Shown here: positions 51,687 through 61,240 of the stretch, piece after piece
Position numbering within the stretch: position 1 is the stretch's first letter
Layout of the letters: the number at the start of each line of letters is the position of its first letter
Assembly: GCA_963724495.1 (NCBI GenBank)
Contig: CAVRUZ010000009.1
Location: 1,673 to 65,672, forward strand
Direction of reading: 5' to 3'
DNA length: 64,000 bases
Origin: an uncultured Actinomycetota bacterium
Lineage (GTDB): Bacteria > Actinomycetota > Actinomycetes > Propionibacteriales > DAIQRJ01
The notes under the pieces: model-generated
The model's input: the letters and a program-made list of their open reading frames with translations, nothing else
What the model was told of the DNA's origin: nothing
Database searches by the model: none
Made by a program: the position numbers and the translations under genes

Positions 51687-52589
51687 ATGCCCAGCTACAG
51701 CTTCGACACCCCCGAGCCGATCGACCTTCGGGTCTCCAATCCGTCCGGCACTGTCGATGTCAGCACCCATGACCGACCGGTCACCGAGATCACGATCGAG
51801 GGTGACGAGAGGTCGATCGAACAGGACGTCGAGGTCGAACAGCGCGGGAACCAGATCCGCGTGAAGATCGAGCCGCAGAACCGCTGGGGCAACGGTCGGG
51901 ACTATGAGGTGACGATCGCCGTCCCAGCACAGTCCGACGCCAGGGTGGAGACCGCCTCGGCCGAGATCCACCTCGGCGGCACGTACGGCGACGTCCGCGC
52001 CAACAGCGCCAGCGGAGAGGTGCACCTCGACGTGGCCGACTCGGTTCGGATCGAGACCGCCAGCGGCGAGATCCACGCTCAGCACGTGCGCGGCGACGGC
52101 AAGTTCAACTCCGCCAGCGGCGAAATCGGCGTGGAGCGGTGCGACGGCGCCAAGCTCGAGCTGAACACCGCCAGCGGCGAGATCCACGTCGAATACGCCG
52201 CTGGTGACATGCGCGCCAACGCCGCGTCCGGCGACATCAGTGTCGAAGAGGTGTACGGCGACTTCTCCGCGGCCGTCGCCTCGGGCGACGTCAGCGTGGA
52301 GTACATCCACGCCGGCGAGGCCAGGGTCGAGACGGTGTCGGGTGACGTCTCCGTCGGAGTCGCCGAAGGCACCGCGATCTGGCTCGACATCCACACGATG
52401 ACCGGCGACGTCGAGGTCGAGCAGGAAATGGGTGGCGAGCCCGAGCCCGGACAGCCCACCCTTCAACTCAGGGCGAACACGCTGTCCGGTGACGTGAGCG
52501 TGCATCGGAGCGATCGTCGCCCGGAGCCAGCAGCCCGCCCGGAGATCGACGAACACGGAGAGCACCACAGTCCTGCCTACCAAGACTGA
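51687..52589 (+). CDS. DUF4097 beta-strand-repeat protein (LiaG-like putative adhesin fold)
   Basis: The translation contains repeated SGE(I/V)H / SGD(V/I)S strand motifs. The length is 300 aa. Confidence 0.8.
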   Translation: MPSYSFDTPEPIDLRVSNPSGTVDVSTHDRPVTEITIEGDERSIEQDVEVEQRGNQIRVKIEPQNRWGNGRDYEVTIAVPAQSDARVETASAEIHLGGTYGDVRANSASGEVHLDVADSVRIETASGEIHAQHVRGDGKFNSASGEIGVERCDGAKLELNTASGEIHVEYAAGDMRANAASGDISVEEVYGDFSAAVASGDVSVEYIHAGEARVETVSGDVSVGVAEGTAIWLDIHTMTGDVEVEQEMGGEPEPGQPTLQLRANTLSGDVSVHRSDRRPEPAARPEIDEHGEHHSPAYQD

Positions 52590-52671
52590 GCGCCACCAGC
52601 CCGAACCGCAGGGCGCTTTGCCCACTGACCTGATGTCCCTGATCCACCCGATCTGATTGAGGGTTCCTCTC

Positions 52672-52905
52672 ATGCTGCCCGCACCGCTTCCCGAACTGGC
52701 CGAGGTCAGGCGGGGCGACCGCCTCGCGTTGGCCTCCAAGAGGAGGCGCGCCGCCCGCGTGGCCACCCGTTCGAGCTCGGTGCGGGCACGGCTCGCTGTC
52801 GCGATGACCCGGTTCGCGGCGCGACTCGACAACGAGGCCAGCCGGTCCGTGCTCGCAACAGGCGCCCCCGCGCGTCTGCACGGGCCGGCTGGTGCCGGCC
52901 GATGA
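52672..52905 (+). CDS. Small Arg/Ala-rich hypothetical protein, translationally coupled (ATGA) to the first ABC gene
   Basis: GC3 is high, and a GAGGG lies upstream of ATG 52672. I found no recognisable family. Confidence 0.4.
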   Translation: MLPAPLPELAEVRRGDRLALASKRRRAARVATRSSSVRARLAVAMTRFAARLDNEASRSVLATGAPARLHGPAGAGR

Positions 52906-54869
52906 CCGCCGTCGACAGCACGACGAAAACCGACGAGACCAGCGCTACCGATGCAACCTCCCTAACCGACCCGAAGCCGAGGGGATTCGGCCGGGTCACC
53001 CGGGTCACCAGGTTCTACCGCAGCCACACAGCTCTGCTGTTCAGGGCCGCACCCGTCGAGTCGACGGCCGCGCTGATCCTCACGCTGATCGGCGCCGCCA
53101 GTTCCACCGCCGCCATCGTGCTGCTGGGCAAAGTGGTGGGTACCGGCGTCGCCGCCATCTCCACCGGACCGGGTTCAGCCGAGGCCGACCAGGCCATGGT
53201 CTGGGTGATCTGGCTCGCCGCCACCTTCCTGCTCTCACCACTGGTGGGCGGTGCCCTGAACATCCTCTCCAACCAGATCCTCTCCAAGTCAGCCGCCTAC
53301 GCGGGGATGCTGCTCGCCGAGCTCGCCAACGCACCGGTGGGCATCGGTCACCTCGAGGACACCGAACACGCCGGTCGCCTGCAGACGTTGGTGAAATCGA
53401 TCCACGAGTGGACCTACCTGGAGGGTGTCGGCGGCACCTGGGGTGTCATCCAGGCCCGGTTGTCCGGGCTCGGTGCCTTCGCGGTCATGGCCGCCTGGCA
53501 CTGGTGGGCGGCCGTGGTGCTCGCCGCCGGCTACATGATCTCGGGGCGCGCGCTCACCAAGTGGCTGCTCACGGTCTTCGCCGACATGGTCCTGGAACCG
53601 CCGCTCGACCGCCGGAAGTCGCAGTACGTGTTCGGCTTGCTGATGAAGGGCGAGGCTGCGAAGGAGATCAGGCTCTTCGGCCTGTCCGGTTGGATGATCC
53701 AGCGTTACCGCGACCTCTGGACCACCGCGATGGCAGACGTGTGGAAGCGCCGGGCCGCCACCATCGGTCCGGTCTTCGCCACCACGCTCGTGATGATCGT
53801 GTGCGCGTTCATCACCTACGGACAGATGGGCCGCGAGGCCTGGGCGGGCACGTTGCCGGTCTCGACGCTGACGGCACTCGTCGGCGCGTCCGTCGGCATG
53901 TGGGCGCTCGGGATGCTCGGCGACCAGCAGGTGATGTTCACCCAGTCGATGGCCACCACCGACCAGCTCCGCTCAGCGCGTGAGGAGATCGGCCTTGCTG
54001 GCTTGCAGGTTGCGGTCACCGAGGAGCGTCGGGCCATCGCTCCCGGCAAGCACGAACCGGCCGAGGTGCGGATCCGCAACCTGCACTTCACCTACCCGTC
54101 CCGCGACGAGCCGATCTTCGAGGGCCTCGATCTCACCATTCCGGCTGGCCAGTCGATCGCGGTCGTCGGTGTCAACGGCGCGGGAAAGTCGACACTGATC
54201 AAGCTCCTGTGCGGTCTCTACGAGCCGGACAGCGGCGAGGTACTGGTCGACGGTGTGGCGCCGGCTCTCGACGTGCGAGCCCGCGAGCGGGTGGCGGTGA
54301 TCTTCCAGGAGTTCGTCCGCTATCAGCTGTCGCTGAAGGACAACGTGGCACTCGGCGCGCGGGGTGTCGTCGACACCGATGCCGTCGTCCGTCAGGCCCT
54401 GCACGACGCTGCCGCAGACGACGTGCTCAGCCGGCTGGACAACAACTGGGACACGGTGCTGTCCGGTGAGTACAAGGGTGGCACCGACCTGTCCGGCGGT
54501 CAGTGGCAGCGCGTGGCTCTTGCCCGTGCTCTTGCCGCGATTGCCGGCGGCTCGGGAGTACTGGTGCTCGACGAACCGACGGCTGCACTGGACGTTCGTG
54601 CGGAGGCTCAGCTGTTCGACCGCTTCCTCGAGGTGACTCGGGGAATGACCACGTTGCTCGTGAGCCACCGGTTGAGCTCGGTTCGCCACGCCGACCGGAT
54701 CGTCGTGATCGAGAACGGCCGCATCGTCGAGGACGGGTCGCACGCCGAGCTGCTCCTTCGTGGTGGGCGCTACGCGGACATGTTCACCTTGCAGGCCAGC
54801 CGATTCGCGTCAGCATCCGGTGCGCCCATCAACCTGGACGAAGCCGAAGAGCAGGAGGTCGTCGAATGA
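52902..54869 (+). CDS. ABC exporter, fused permease and ATPase (subunit 1)
   Basis: There are six TM segments followed by Walker A (GVNGAGKST), the signature LSGGQWQR and Walker B (VLVLDEP). Confidence 0.85.
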   Translation: MTAVDSTTKTDETSATDATSLTDPKPRGFGRVTRVTRFYRSHTALLFRAAPVESTAALILTLIGAASSTAAIVLLGKVVGTGVAAISTGPGSAEADQAMVWVIWLAATFLLSPLVGGALNILSNQILSKSAAYAGMLLAELANAPVGIGHLEDTEHAGRLQTLVKSIHEWTYLEGVGGTWGVIQARLSGLGAFAVMAAWHWWAAVVLAAGYMISGRALTKWLLTVFADMVLEPPLDRRKSQYVFGLLMKGEAAKEIRLFGLSGWMIQRYRDLWTTAMADVWKRRAATIGPVFATTLVMIVCAFITYGQMGREAWAGTLPVSTLTALVGASVGMWALGMLGDQQVMFTQSMATTDQLRSAREEIGLAGLQVAVTEERRAIAPGKHEPAEVRIRNLHFTYPSRDEPIFEGLDLTIPAGQSIAVVGVNGAGKSTLIKLLCGLYEPDSGEVLVDGVAPALDVRARERVAVIFQEFVRYQLSLKDNVALGARGVVDTDAVVRQALHDAAADDVLSRLDNNWDTVLSGEYKGGTDLSGGQWQRVALARALAAIAGGSGVLVLDEPTAALDVRAEAQLFDRFLEVTRGMTTLLVSHRLSSVRHADRIVVIENGRIVEDGSHAELLLRGGRYADMFTLQASRFASASGAPINLDEAEEQEVVE

Positions 54870-56647
54870 TCGACATGCTGAAGTCGGTCTGGCTCGTCGT
54901 CTCGACCTCGGTCCGGGTGAGTCCGAAGCAGAGCGCCGTCTGCCTGCTCGAGACCATCAGCAACTTGATGATGATGCTCCAGCCGCTCTTCATCACCTGG
55001 ATGGTGACCGGTGCCATCGAGCACGACCGCGGCCTGGTGATCCGCGCGGTCACCGCGTTCGTGTTGTCGCTCTCGGTGGTGCTCTTCATGATGATCGTGG
55101 GGAACAACGCCCGGATCGGCCAGAACGAACGAGTCGGCTTCTGGTTCGACACCGAGGTGTCGCGGCTCACGTCCTCGATCACGACGCTCGATCACCTGCA
55201 GACGCCGGAGTACCTCGACAAGGCCCAGACGCTGCGCGATCACCAGGGACTGCTGGGATTCGCCTTCAACTCCGTGCTCAACACCCTGCGGATGACCGCG
55301 ACGGCCGGGGGCACACTGGTCCTGGCGCTGACCGCCGACCCGCGGATGCTGCTGGTGATCATCGCGGGCATACCAGCTGTGCTCAGCACGCGCTGGACTA
55401 CCAAGTGGCAGTCCGCGACCGACGAGGCCTCCGGGGAGCCGAGCAGGCGCACCAAGCACCTGCTGGACCTGTCGAGCACCGCCACACCTGGGGCGGAAGT
55501 CCGGGTCTTCGGCCTGCAGACCTGGCTGCGCGACGCCACCGGTGCCGCCACGCGCCAGTGGCTCGACCTCCGGGTCGTGTTGGCAAAGAAGTCGACCCTG
55601 GTCGAAACGGCCTGCACGGTGTTCTTCTTCGGCGTCGCTTCCCTGGTGCTGATCTGGATCATGCGCGACACCATCAACGGCAACGTGGCAGTCGCCAACT
55701 TCGTCCTGGCGGCGACACTCGTGACGCGGTTGCAGGACATCACCAACGTCATGCAGTGGGCGGTCCACATGCTGGTGCGAGTGAGCAAGGACGGAAGTCG
55801 CTTCCTCTGGTTGCGCGACTACAGCAACGACGAGGTGGCTCGCCACGCTGGATCTCTCACCCCGCCGGCGCGTCTTGGCCGGGGCATCAGCACGCTGAAT
55901 CTCGGCTACACCTATCCGGAGGCCGAGAAGCCCACGCTCTCCGACATCAGCCTCGAACTGCCGGCTGGGTCCGTCGTTGCGGTGGTGGGGGAGAACGGCG
56001 CGGGCAAGTCCACCCTGGTCGGACTGCTCACCGGCATGCTCCGCCCGACCGAGGGGCAGGTGCTGGTCGACGGCATCGACATGAGTGACTTCGACCACGA
56101 CCAGTGGCGTGCCCGGATGTCGGGTGCCTTCCAGGACTACGCGAAGCTGGAGTTCAGCGCCCAGGAGTCGATCGGCGTGGGCGACCTGCCCGATGTCTCC
56201 AGCGACTCGGCGGTGAACGAGGCACTGTGGGAGGCCTCGGCGACCGACCTGCTGCGCTCGCTGCCCCAGGGACTCGACACCCAGCTCGGCACCACGTGGC
56301 CCGGCGGCGTGGAACTGTCCGGCGGCCAGTGGCAGCGGATCGCGATTGCCCGCGGGATGATGCGCGACACTCCCCTACTCCTGGTGCTCGACGAGCCGAC
56401 CGCTGCGCTCGACGCCGGCACCGAGCACGCGCTGTTCGAGCGGTACGCCGACGCCGCCCGCAAGACCGGCGGCCGCGGCGGGGTCACGCTGCTGGTCACG
56501 CACCGCTTCTCCACGGTGGCCTCCGCGGATCTCGTGGTGGTGCTGGAGAACGGGCGGGTCGCGGAGATCGGGACCCACGCCGAGCTGTACGCAAGCGGGG
56601 GTCACTACTCCGAGCTGTACGAACTGCAGGCCCGCGGCTACCGCTGA
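54866..56647 (+). CDS. ABC exporter, fused permease and ATPase (subunit 2)
   Basis: The start overlaps the upstream stop (ATGA). Walker A (GENGAGKST), the signature LSGGQWQR and Walker B (LLVLDEP) are present. Confidence 0.85.
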   Translation: MIDMLKSVWLVVSTSVRVSPKQSAVCLLETISNLMMMLQPLFITWMVTGAIEHDRGLVIRAVTAFVLSLSVVLFMMIVGNNARIGQNERVGFWFDTEVSRLTSSITTLDHLQTPEYLDKAQTLRDHQGLLGFAFNSVLNTLRMTATAGGTLVLALTADPRMLLVIIAGIPAVLSTRWTTKWQSATDEASGEPSRRTKHLLDLSSTATPGAEVRVFGLQTWLRDATGAATRQWLDLRVVLAKKSTLVETACTVFFFGVASLVLIWIMRDTINGNVAVANFVLAATLVTRLQDITNVMQWAVHMLVRVSKDGSRFLWLRDYSNDEVARHAGSLTPPARLGRGISTLNLGYTYPEAEKPTLSDISLELPAGSVVAVVGENGAGKSTLVGLLTGMLRPTEGQVLVDGIDMSDFDHDQWRARMSGAFQDYAKLEFSAQESIGVGDLPDVSSDSAVNEALWEASATDLLRSLPQGLDTQLGTTWPGGVELSGGQWQRIAIARGMMRDTPLLLVLDEPTAALDAGTEHALFERYADAARKTGGRGGVTLLVTHRFSTVASADLVVVLENGRVAEIGTHAELYASGGHYSELYELQARGYR

Positions 56648-56680
56648 CCGTGCGGGTGCGGCCGCTGGTTCGCCGGACCG

Positions 56681-59065
56681 TCAGGTGAACCGGATGGTCA
56701 GCGGGCCGTCGGCCGGGCCGGTCACCGTGGTCACATCGTCCTGTGTCTGCACGTCGGCGTCGGTGTCCAGATCTGCGATCCCGCTGAGGTGGACCACGGT
56801 CCGGTCACCGAGCCCCGGCCCGAACGTCACCCGATCCGGGCCGACTTCGGTGATCTCGGCGTTCGCCGACACCAGCGTCGCGCCGGACGGGAGGACCAGC
56901 CCGAGGCCCAGGATCACGCCGGTCTTCGGCGGCAGGAGCAACGGCTCGTCGAGCTGGCCGGTCGGATCCCCCACGTCGACCTGGACCGTCGCCGGGTAAC
57001 CGGTCGGGTTGAGCAGGTGCAGCATCCGGCCACCGCCGGGACTGGCCGTCGTGGTGGCGACCACACCGAGGACGGTGGTGCGAAGCGCCAGCCCAGCGGG
57101 CGATCCGAGCCAGGTTGTCAGCTTGCTGATGAGATCGGGCCTGGCCGGATAGTCGGCGCAGATGACCACAGCCCGACCAGCACCAGCCTGGACCGTCACC
57201 GCGCACACGGTTCCGTCCACGTCGGTCAGCAGCACGTCGGCGTCACCGACCACCTCGCCCAGCCAGCTCACCCGGGTCTCTGGCATCCCGGCCGCGACTC
57301 CATGGCCCACCACAGACGGCTCTTGGTGGCGGCCACTGGTGTGGATCGCCCCACGGGTCAGGCCGAGAGCGTCGCCCAGGACGGAACACGGCCGATTCTC
57401 CAGGTCACGCTGGGGAATCCGGCCCATCAGCAGCAGGCTGCCACCATCGCGCACGTGCTCAGCGAGGCGCTGCTGCACGGCTGCGTCCAGCACGTCGCCG
57501 CTGCTGAGCGCGACGGTGTGCGGGAGCGTCGCCGACGGATCCTGCAGATTCACGGCGGAGAACCGATGACCGCCGAAGAGCAGGGACCGCCACAGTGATC
57601 GGCGTTCCCCCGGGCCACGGAAAGCCATCAGGTCGTCCGTGACCTCTGACATCACGGCACTGCGGGGGTAGCGGTACTCGGTCATGAAGGCGTCCGGCCA
57701 GAAGCCCATGGCGAGGTCGTCGTGCTCCTCGTCCATGTCCGCCAGCCACGACGAGTTGGCGACCATCGCATGAGTCACGGCGGCGGTTGCGCCGAACGTC
57801 AGTCCGCGTTGCCCCAATGGGCCGATCGGGGCTGCCTGCCCATGCCACTCACCGGTGAAGGCGATTCGGTCGTTGCCGTCGCCGACCGGCTCGTCCAGGT
57901 GCGGGTTGATTCCGCCGGCCAGCAGGTAGTAGTTGATGATGCGGCAACCCTGCGCAACGCAGAGCCTGGTCTTGAGGTCGACGGTGGAAGGGTCGTAGAG
58001 CTGCTCGAGTCCCCCGCTGTAGTCGCCGGTTCCTGCCTCGAACTCGAGCGAGGTCAGCGGTTGGTCGGCCGAATTCACCGCAGCCATTGCCGCATTGATG
58101 AAGTGCAGGTCGATGGTGGCCGACCGCGTCATGTCGCCGAGGTAGTGGTCCGATCCCGCAGCGAACCCGGCCAAGCCGGCATAGCTCTCGAACAGCTGGC
58201 TGACCCCGATCCCGAACGGCACACCGTTCGGGCCTTCTGTGCCATGGATGTTCACGAGGAAGGGCACGTCGACCACCCCGTGCCGCCGAGCCGAATCCGC
58301 AAGCCACTCGATGTAATTGGCGAACCTGGCCCGCATGAAGTGACCGAGGTCGACGCGAAGTGCTGCCGCCCACTCCTCGGTCGGGGACCGCACTGCTTCG
58401 GCCCAGCCGGCAGCGTCCGCCGTGGCTCCCGGGTAGCGGTCGGTCACCAGTTCACCGTGACGCTTCCTGCACCAGGCAAGGAAGTCCTGCAGCAGTCCGT
58501 CGGTCAGGTCCGGGCTGTTCGACACCCAGGCCAGCATCCCGACCTCGTTGTCCAGTTGAACGGCAATCACGTTGCCGCCGGTCGGCTGCAGCCGCTGCGC
58601 GAGCACCGGCATCACCTCGGCGTACCAGCGGTCCACGTCCGCCAGGAACGCCGGCGCGAGGTAGTCGACCGTCCTGGTTGGTGCGGGTACACCGTCCCAG
58701 CCGACGGGCACGACCTCGGGATGATCGCGGTAGACGCGGTAGGGAATGCCTTCGTTCTTCAGCTCGGCCATCACGAACGGCCCCGGCCGGGCGAGGAAGG
58801 TCAGCCCACGATCGGCACACAGGTCGATGAACGCGCCCAGGTCGCGTTCGGGACGGGTACGCCCGGTCACGTCGATCGAGCCGTCCGGCAGTTCGTGGAA
58901 CAGCCAGGGGATGTAGGCGGCCACACAGGTGCACCCGACCTCGACGAGCTTGTCCAGCCGGTCCTCCCACTGCGCGCGATCGACGCGGAAGTAGTGGATC
59001 TCCCCCGCCATCACCAACCGGGGTTCGCCGTCCACCACGATGCGGGCGCGCTCGAGTGCGATCAC
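56681..59065 (-). CDS. GH35-family beta-galactosidase
   Basis: The motifs GEIHYFR and VQLDNEVG are present. The length is 794 aa. Confidence 0.8.
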   Translation of the reverse strand: MIALERARIVVDGEPRLVMAGEIHYFRVDRAQWEDRLDKLVEVGCTCVAAYIPWLFHELPDGSIDVTGRTRPERDLGAFIDLCADRGLTFLARPGPFVMAELKNEGIPYRVYRDHPEVVPVGWDGVPAPTRTVDYLAPAFLADVDRWYAEVMPVLAQRLQPTGGNVIAVQLDNEVGMLAWVSNSPDLTDGLLQDFLAWCRKRHGELVTDRYPGATADAAGWAEAVRSPTEEWAAALRVDLGHFMRARFANYIEWLADSARRHGVVDVPFLVNIHGTEGPNGVPFGIGVSQLFESYAGLAGFAAGSDHYLGDMTRSATIDLHFINAAMAAVNSADQPLTSLEFEAGTGDYSGGLEQLYDPSTVDLKTRLCVAQGCRIINYYLLAGGINPHLDEPVGDGNDRIAFTGEWHGQAAPIGPLGQRGLTFGATAAVTHAMVANSSWLADMDEEHDDLAMGFWPDAFMTEYRYPRSAVMSEVTDDLMAFRGPGERRSLWRSLLFGGHRFSAVNLQDPSATLPHTVALSSGDVLDAAVQQRLAEHVRDGGSLLLMGRIPQRDLENRPCSVLGDALGLTRGAIHTSGRHQEPSVVGHGVAAGMPETRVSWLGEVVGDADVLLTDVDGTVCAVTVQAGAGRAVVICADYPARPDLISKLTTWLGSPAGLALRTTVLGVVATTTASPGGGRMLHLLNPTGYPATVQVDVGDPTGQLDEPLLLPPKTGVILGLGLVLPSGATLVSANAEITEVGPDRVTFGPGLGDRTVVHLSGIADLDTDADVQTQDDVTTVTGPADGPLTIRFT

Positions 59066-59080
59066 AGCTTCGTCTCCTGC

Positions 59081-61240
59081 CTAGTCGACGATCCGAAGGC
59101 GGGCCGACGACCCGTGCGCGGCGTTCGGGCCGATGATCACGTCCACGTCGCCGCGGTCGACGCGCCATCGCAGTGACCGGTCCCAGTAGCCGAACATCTC
59201 CGGGGTGATCTTGAAGACCACCTTGGCCGAGGCGCCGGGCTCGAGCTCGACGGCCTGCCAGTCGGCAAGTTCCACGAGGGGCCGCATGACGTCGGCGACG
59301 AGATCACGGAGGTACAGCTGCACGACCTCACGGCCCGGCCGCATGCCGGTGTTGGCGACCTCCACCGTGGCGCGGACGACTCCGCCACGGACCGGGATGT
59401 GGTCGCGGCTCAGTTCGACAGCGGAGTAGGCGAAAGTCGTGTAGGTGAGGCCGAATCCCAATGACAGTTCGGGATGGACCAGCGCGTTGAGGTAGCGGCC
59501 GAACTTGATGTCGCCGGAACGACCGAGCCGGCGACCGGTGGTGCGCTCCAGCGTGCCGATCGCCCCCGTCCTCGACATCCTGGGCAAGTTCATCGGCAGT
59601 CGTCCCGACGGTGCCTGGTCGCCGAGCAGCACGTCGGCCAGCGCCGGCCCGGCCTCGGCGCCGGGGTGCCAGGCGAGCAGCACGGCGTCGGCCAGCTGCA
59701 TCACCGGTCGGAGTTCGAGCGGCCGTCCGCTCACCACCACGACCACCAGCGGCTTGCCGAGCATCGCCAACTGACGCAGGAGTTCGAACTGACCGACGGG
59801 TAGTTCGGCGTTCGGAAGGCACCGGTCCTCGCCGCTGCGGCTGGGGTGCTCGCCGACCAGGGCGATCGTGAGGTCGGCTGCGTCGGCGCGGCGAGCGGTC
59901 AGGTCGGGGAAGCGACCGTCGGAGACCACCAGACTCTCGGCTCCGAGGCGATCGGCCAACGCCGAGGCTGCAGTGTCGCCAGAAGGTTCGGTGCCGGGGA
60001 AGACCCAGGCGCCCAGCAACGCGTCGACGTCGTCGGCGAACGGGCCGCACAGGTGCACGGTCCCGATGTTGCTGTGCAGCGGCAGGATCCCGTTGTTCTT
60101 CAGCAGCACCATCGACCGCCCGGCGGCCTCCCGGGCCAGCACCGCACCGGCGCCGGGCTTGGACACAGGAGACGTGCTGACCGTCGGGGCGACCTCATCG
60201 AACAGGCCGCTCGCGAACTTCAGCCGCAGCACCCGGCGCACGGCGTCGTTGACCAGTGCCTCGTCGACGTCCCCGGCGGCGACAAGTTCGGGCAGATGCC
60301 GGCTGTACGTGCCCGACACCATGTCGACATCGACGCCCGCGACGATGGCCTGCCGGGCCGCCTCGCGGGCATCGGCGGCCACGCCCTGCGCCACGAGCTG
60401 CTCGATGCCACTCCAGTCGCTCACCACCACACCGCGGAAGCCCCACTGCGACTTCAGGATGTCGCGGATCAGGTGGGTGTGGCTGTGCATGGGTACGCCG
60501 TCGACGTCGTTGAAGCCCACCATCACCGAGCGGCAGCCCGCCCGGATGGCCGCGAGGAACGGCCGCAGGTGCAGGTTGTGCAGGGCGTTCATCCCGACCG
60601 ACAGCGTCTCGTGGTCACGCTCCGCGTGCACCAGGCCGTAGCCACAGAAGTGCTTCGCGCAGGCCGCGAGGCCGTCGGCCTCCAGGCCACCGACCACCGC
60701 GGCGCCCATTCGCGAGGCGAGTTGCGGCTCGTCGCCGAAGGTCTCCCCGACCCGGCCCCACCTGTGTTCGGAGGAGATGTCGACCATCGGGGCGAAGGTC
60801 CAGGTGAGGCCCGCCGCCCGGCCCTCGCGCGCCGCCTGCTGGGCGCAGGTCCGGACCAGGTCGGTGTCCCAGCTGGACGCCAGGGCGAGCGGGATCGGGA
60901 ACGTGGTGCGGAAGCCGTGCACCACGTCGCTGCCGAACATCAGCGGGATGCCCAGCCTCGATCGACTCCGTGCGATGTCCTGTAGCTCCGCGATCCGCGA
61001 GGGCAGCGAGCGAAGGTGGGTGTCGTCGCGCGCCATCGGACCCTCGGAGTAGATGCCGGCGCCCACCCGCCCGGCTGCGACATCGTTCCCATCGCCGTCC
61101 GGGTCGAGGTCATGACTGAGCTGCAGCTGGCCGACCTTCTCCTCAATGGTCATCGCCGCGATCAGCGCCGCGATCCGGGTCTCGACCGGCAACGCCTTGT
61201 CGAGCCACCGGGGCTTCTCGCCGACCTCGGCGGCCGTCAC
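59081..61240 (-). CDS. GH3-family beta-glucosidase
   Basis: The motifs EEKVGQL, AKHFCGYG and VVSDW are present. The length is 719 aa. Confidence 0.9.
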   Translation of the reverse strand: MTAAEVGEKPRWLDKALPVETRIAALIAAMTIEEKVGQLQLSHDLDPDGDGNDVAAGRVGAGIYSEGPMARDDTHLRSLPSRIAELQDIARSRSRLGIPLMFGSDVVHGFRTTFPIPLALASSWDTDLVRTCAQQAAREGRAAGLTWTFAPMVDISSEHRWGRVGETFGDEPQLASRMGAAVVGGLEADGLAACAKHFCGYGLVHAERDHETLSVGMNALHNLHLRPFLAAIRAGCRSVMVGFNDVDGVPMHSHTHLIRDILKSQWGFRGVVVSDWSGIEQLVAQGVAADAREAARQAIVAGVDVDMVSGTYSRHLPELVAAGDVDEALVNDAVRRVLRLKFASGLFDEVAPTVSTSPVSKPGAGAVLAREAAGRSMVLLKNNGILPLHSNIGTVHLCGPFADDVDALLGAWVFPGTEPSGDTAASALADRLGAESLVVSDGRFPDLTARRADAADLTIALVGEHPSRSGEDRCLPNAELPVGQFELLRQLAMLGKPLVVVVVSGRPLELRPVMQLADAVLLAWHPGAEAGPALADVLLGDQAPSGRLPMNLPRMSRTGAIGTLERTTGRRLGRSGDIKFGRYLNALVHPELSLGFGLTYTTFAYSAVELSRDHIPVRGGVVRATVEVANTGMRPGREVVQLYLRDLVADVMRPLVELADWQAVELEPGASAKVVFKITPEMFGYWDRSLRWRVDRGDVDVIIGPNAAHGSSARLRIVD

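Noticed and set aside
51900-52400. Periodic nucleotide repeats (GCCAGCGGCGAGATCCAC-like units) that could be taken for a tandem repeat or CRISPR-like array.
   Set aside because: They lie inside the DUF4097 CDS and encode its repeated beta-strand motif (ASGEIH/ASGDVS). The units are imperfect and in-frame, with no spacer architecture. I saw no CRISPR array anywhere in the window.
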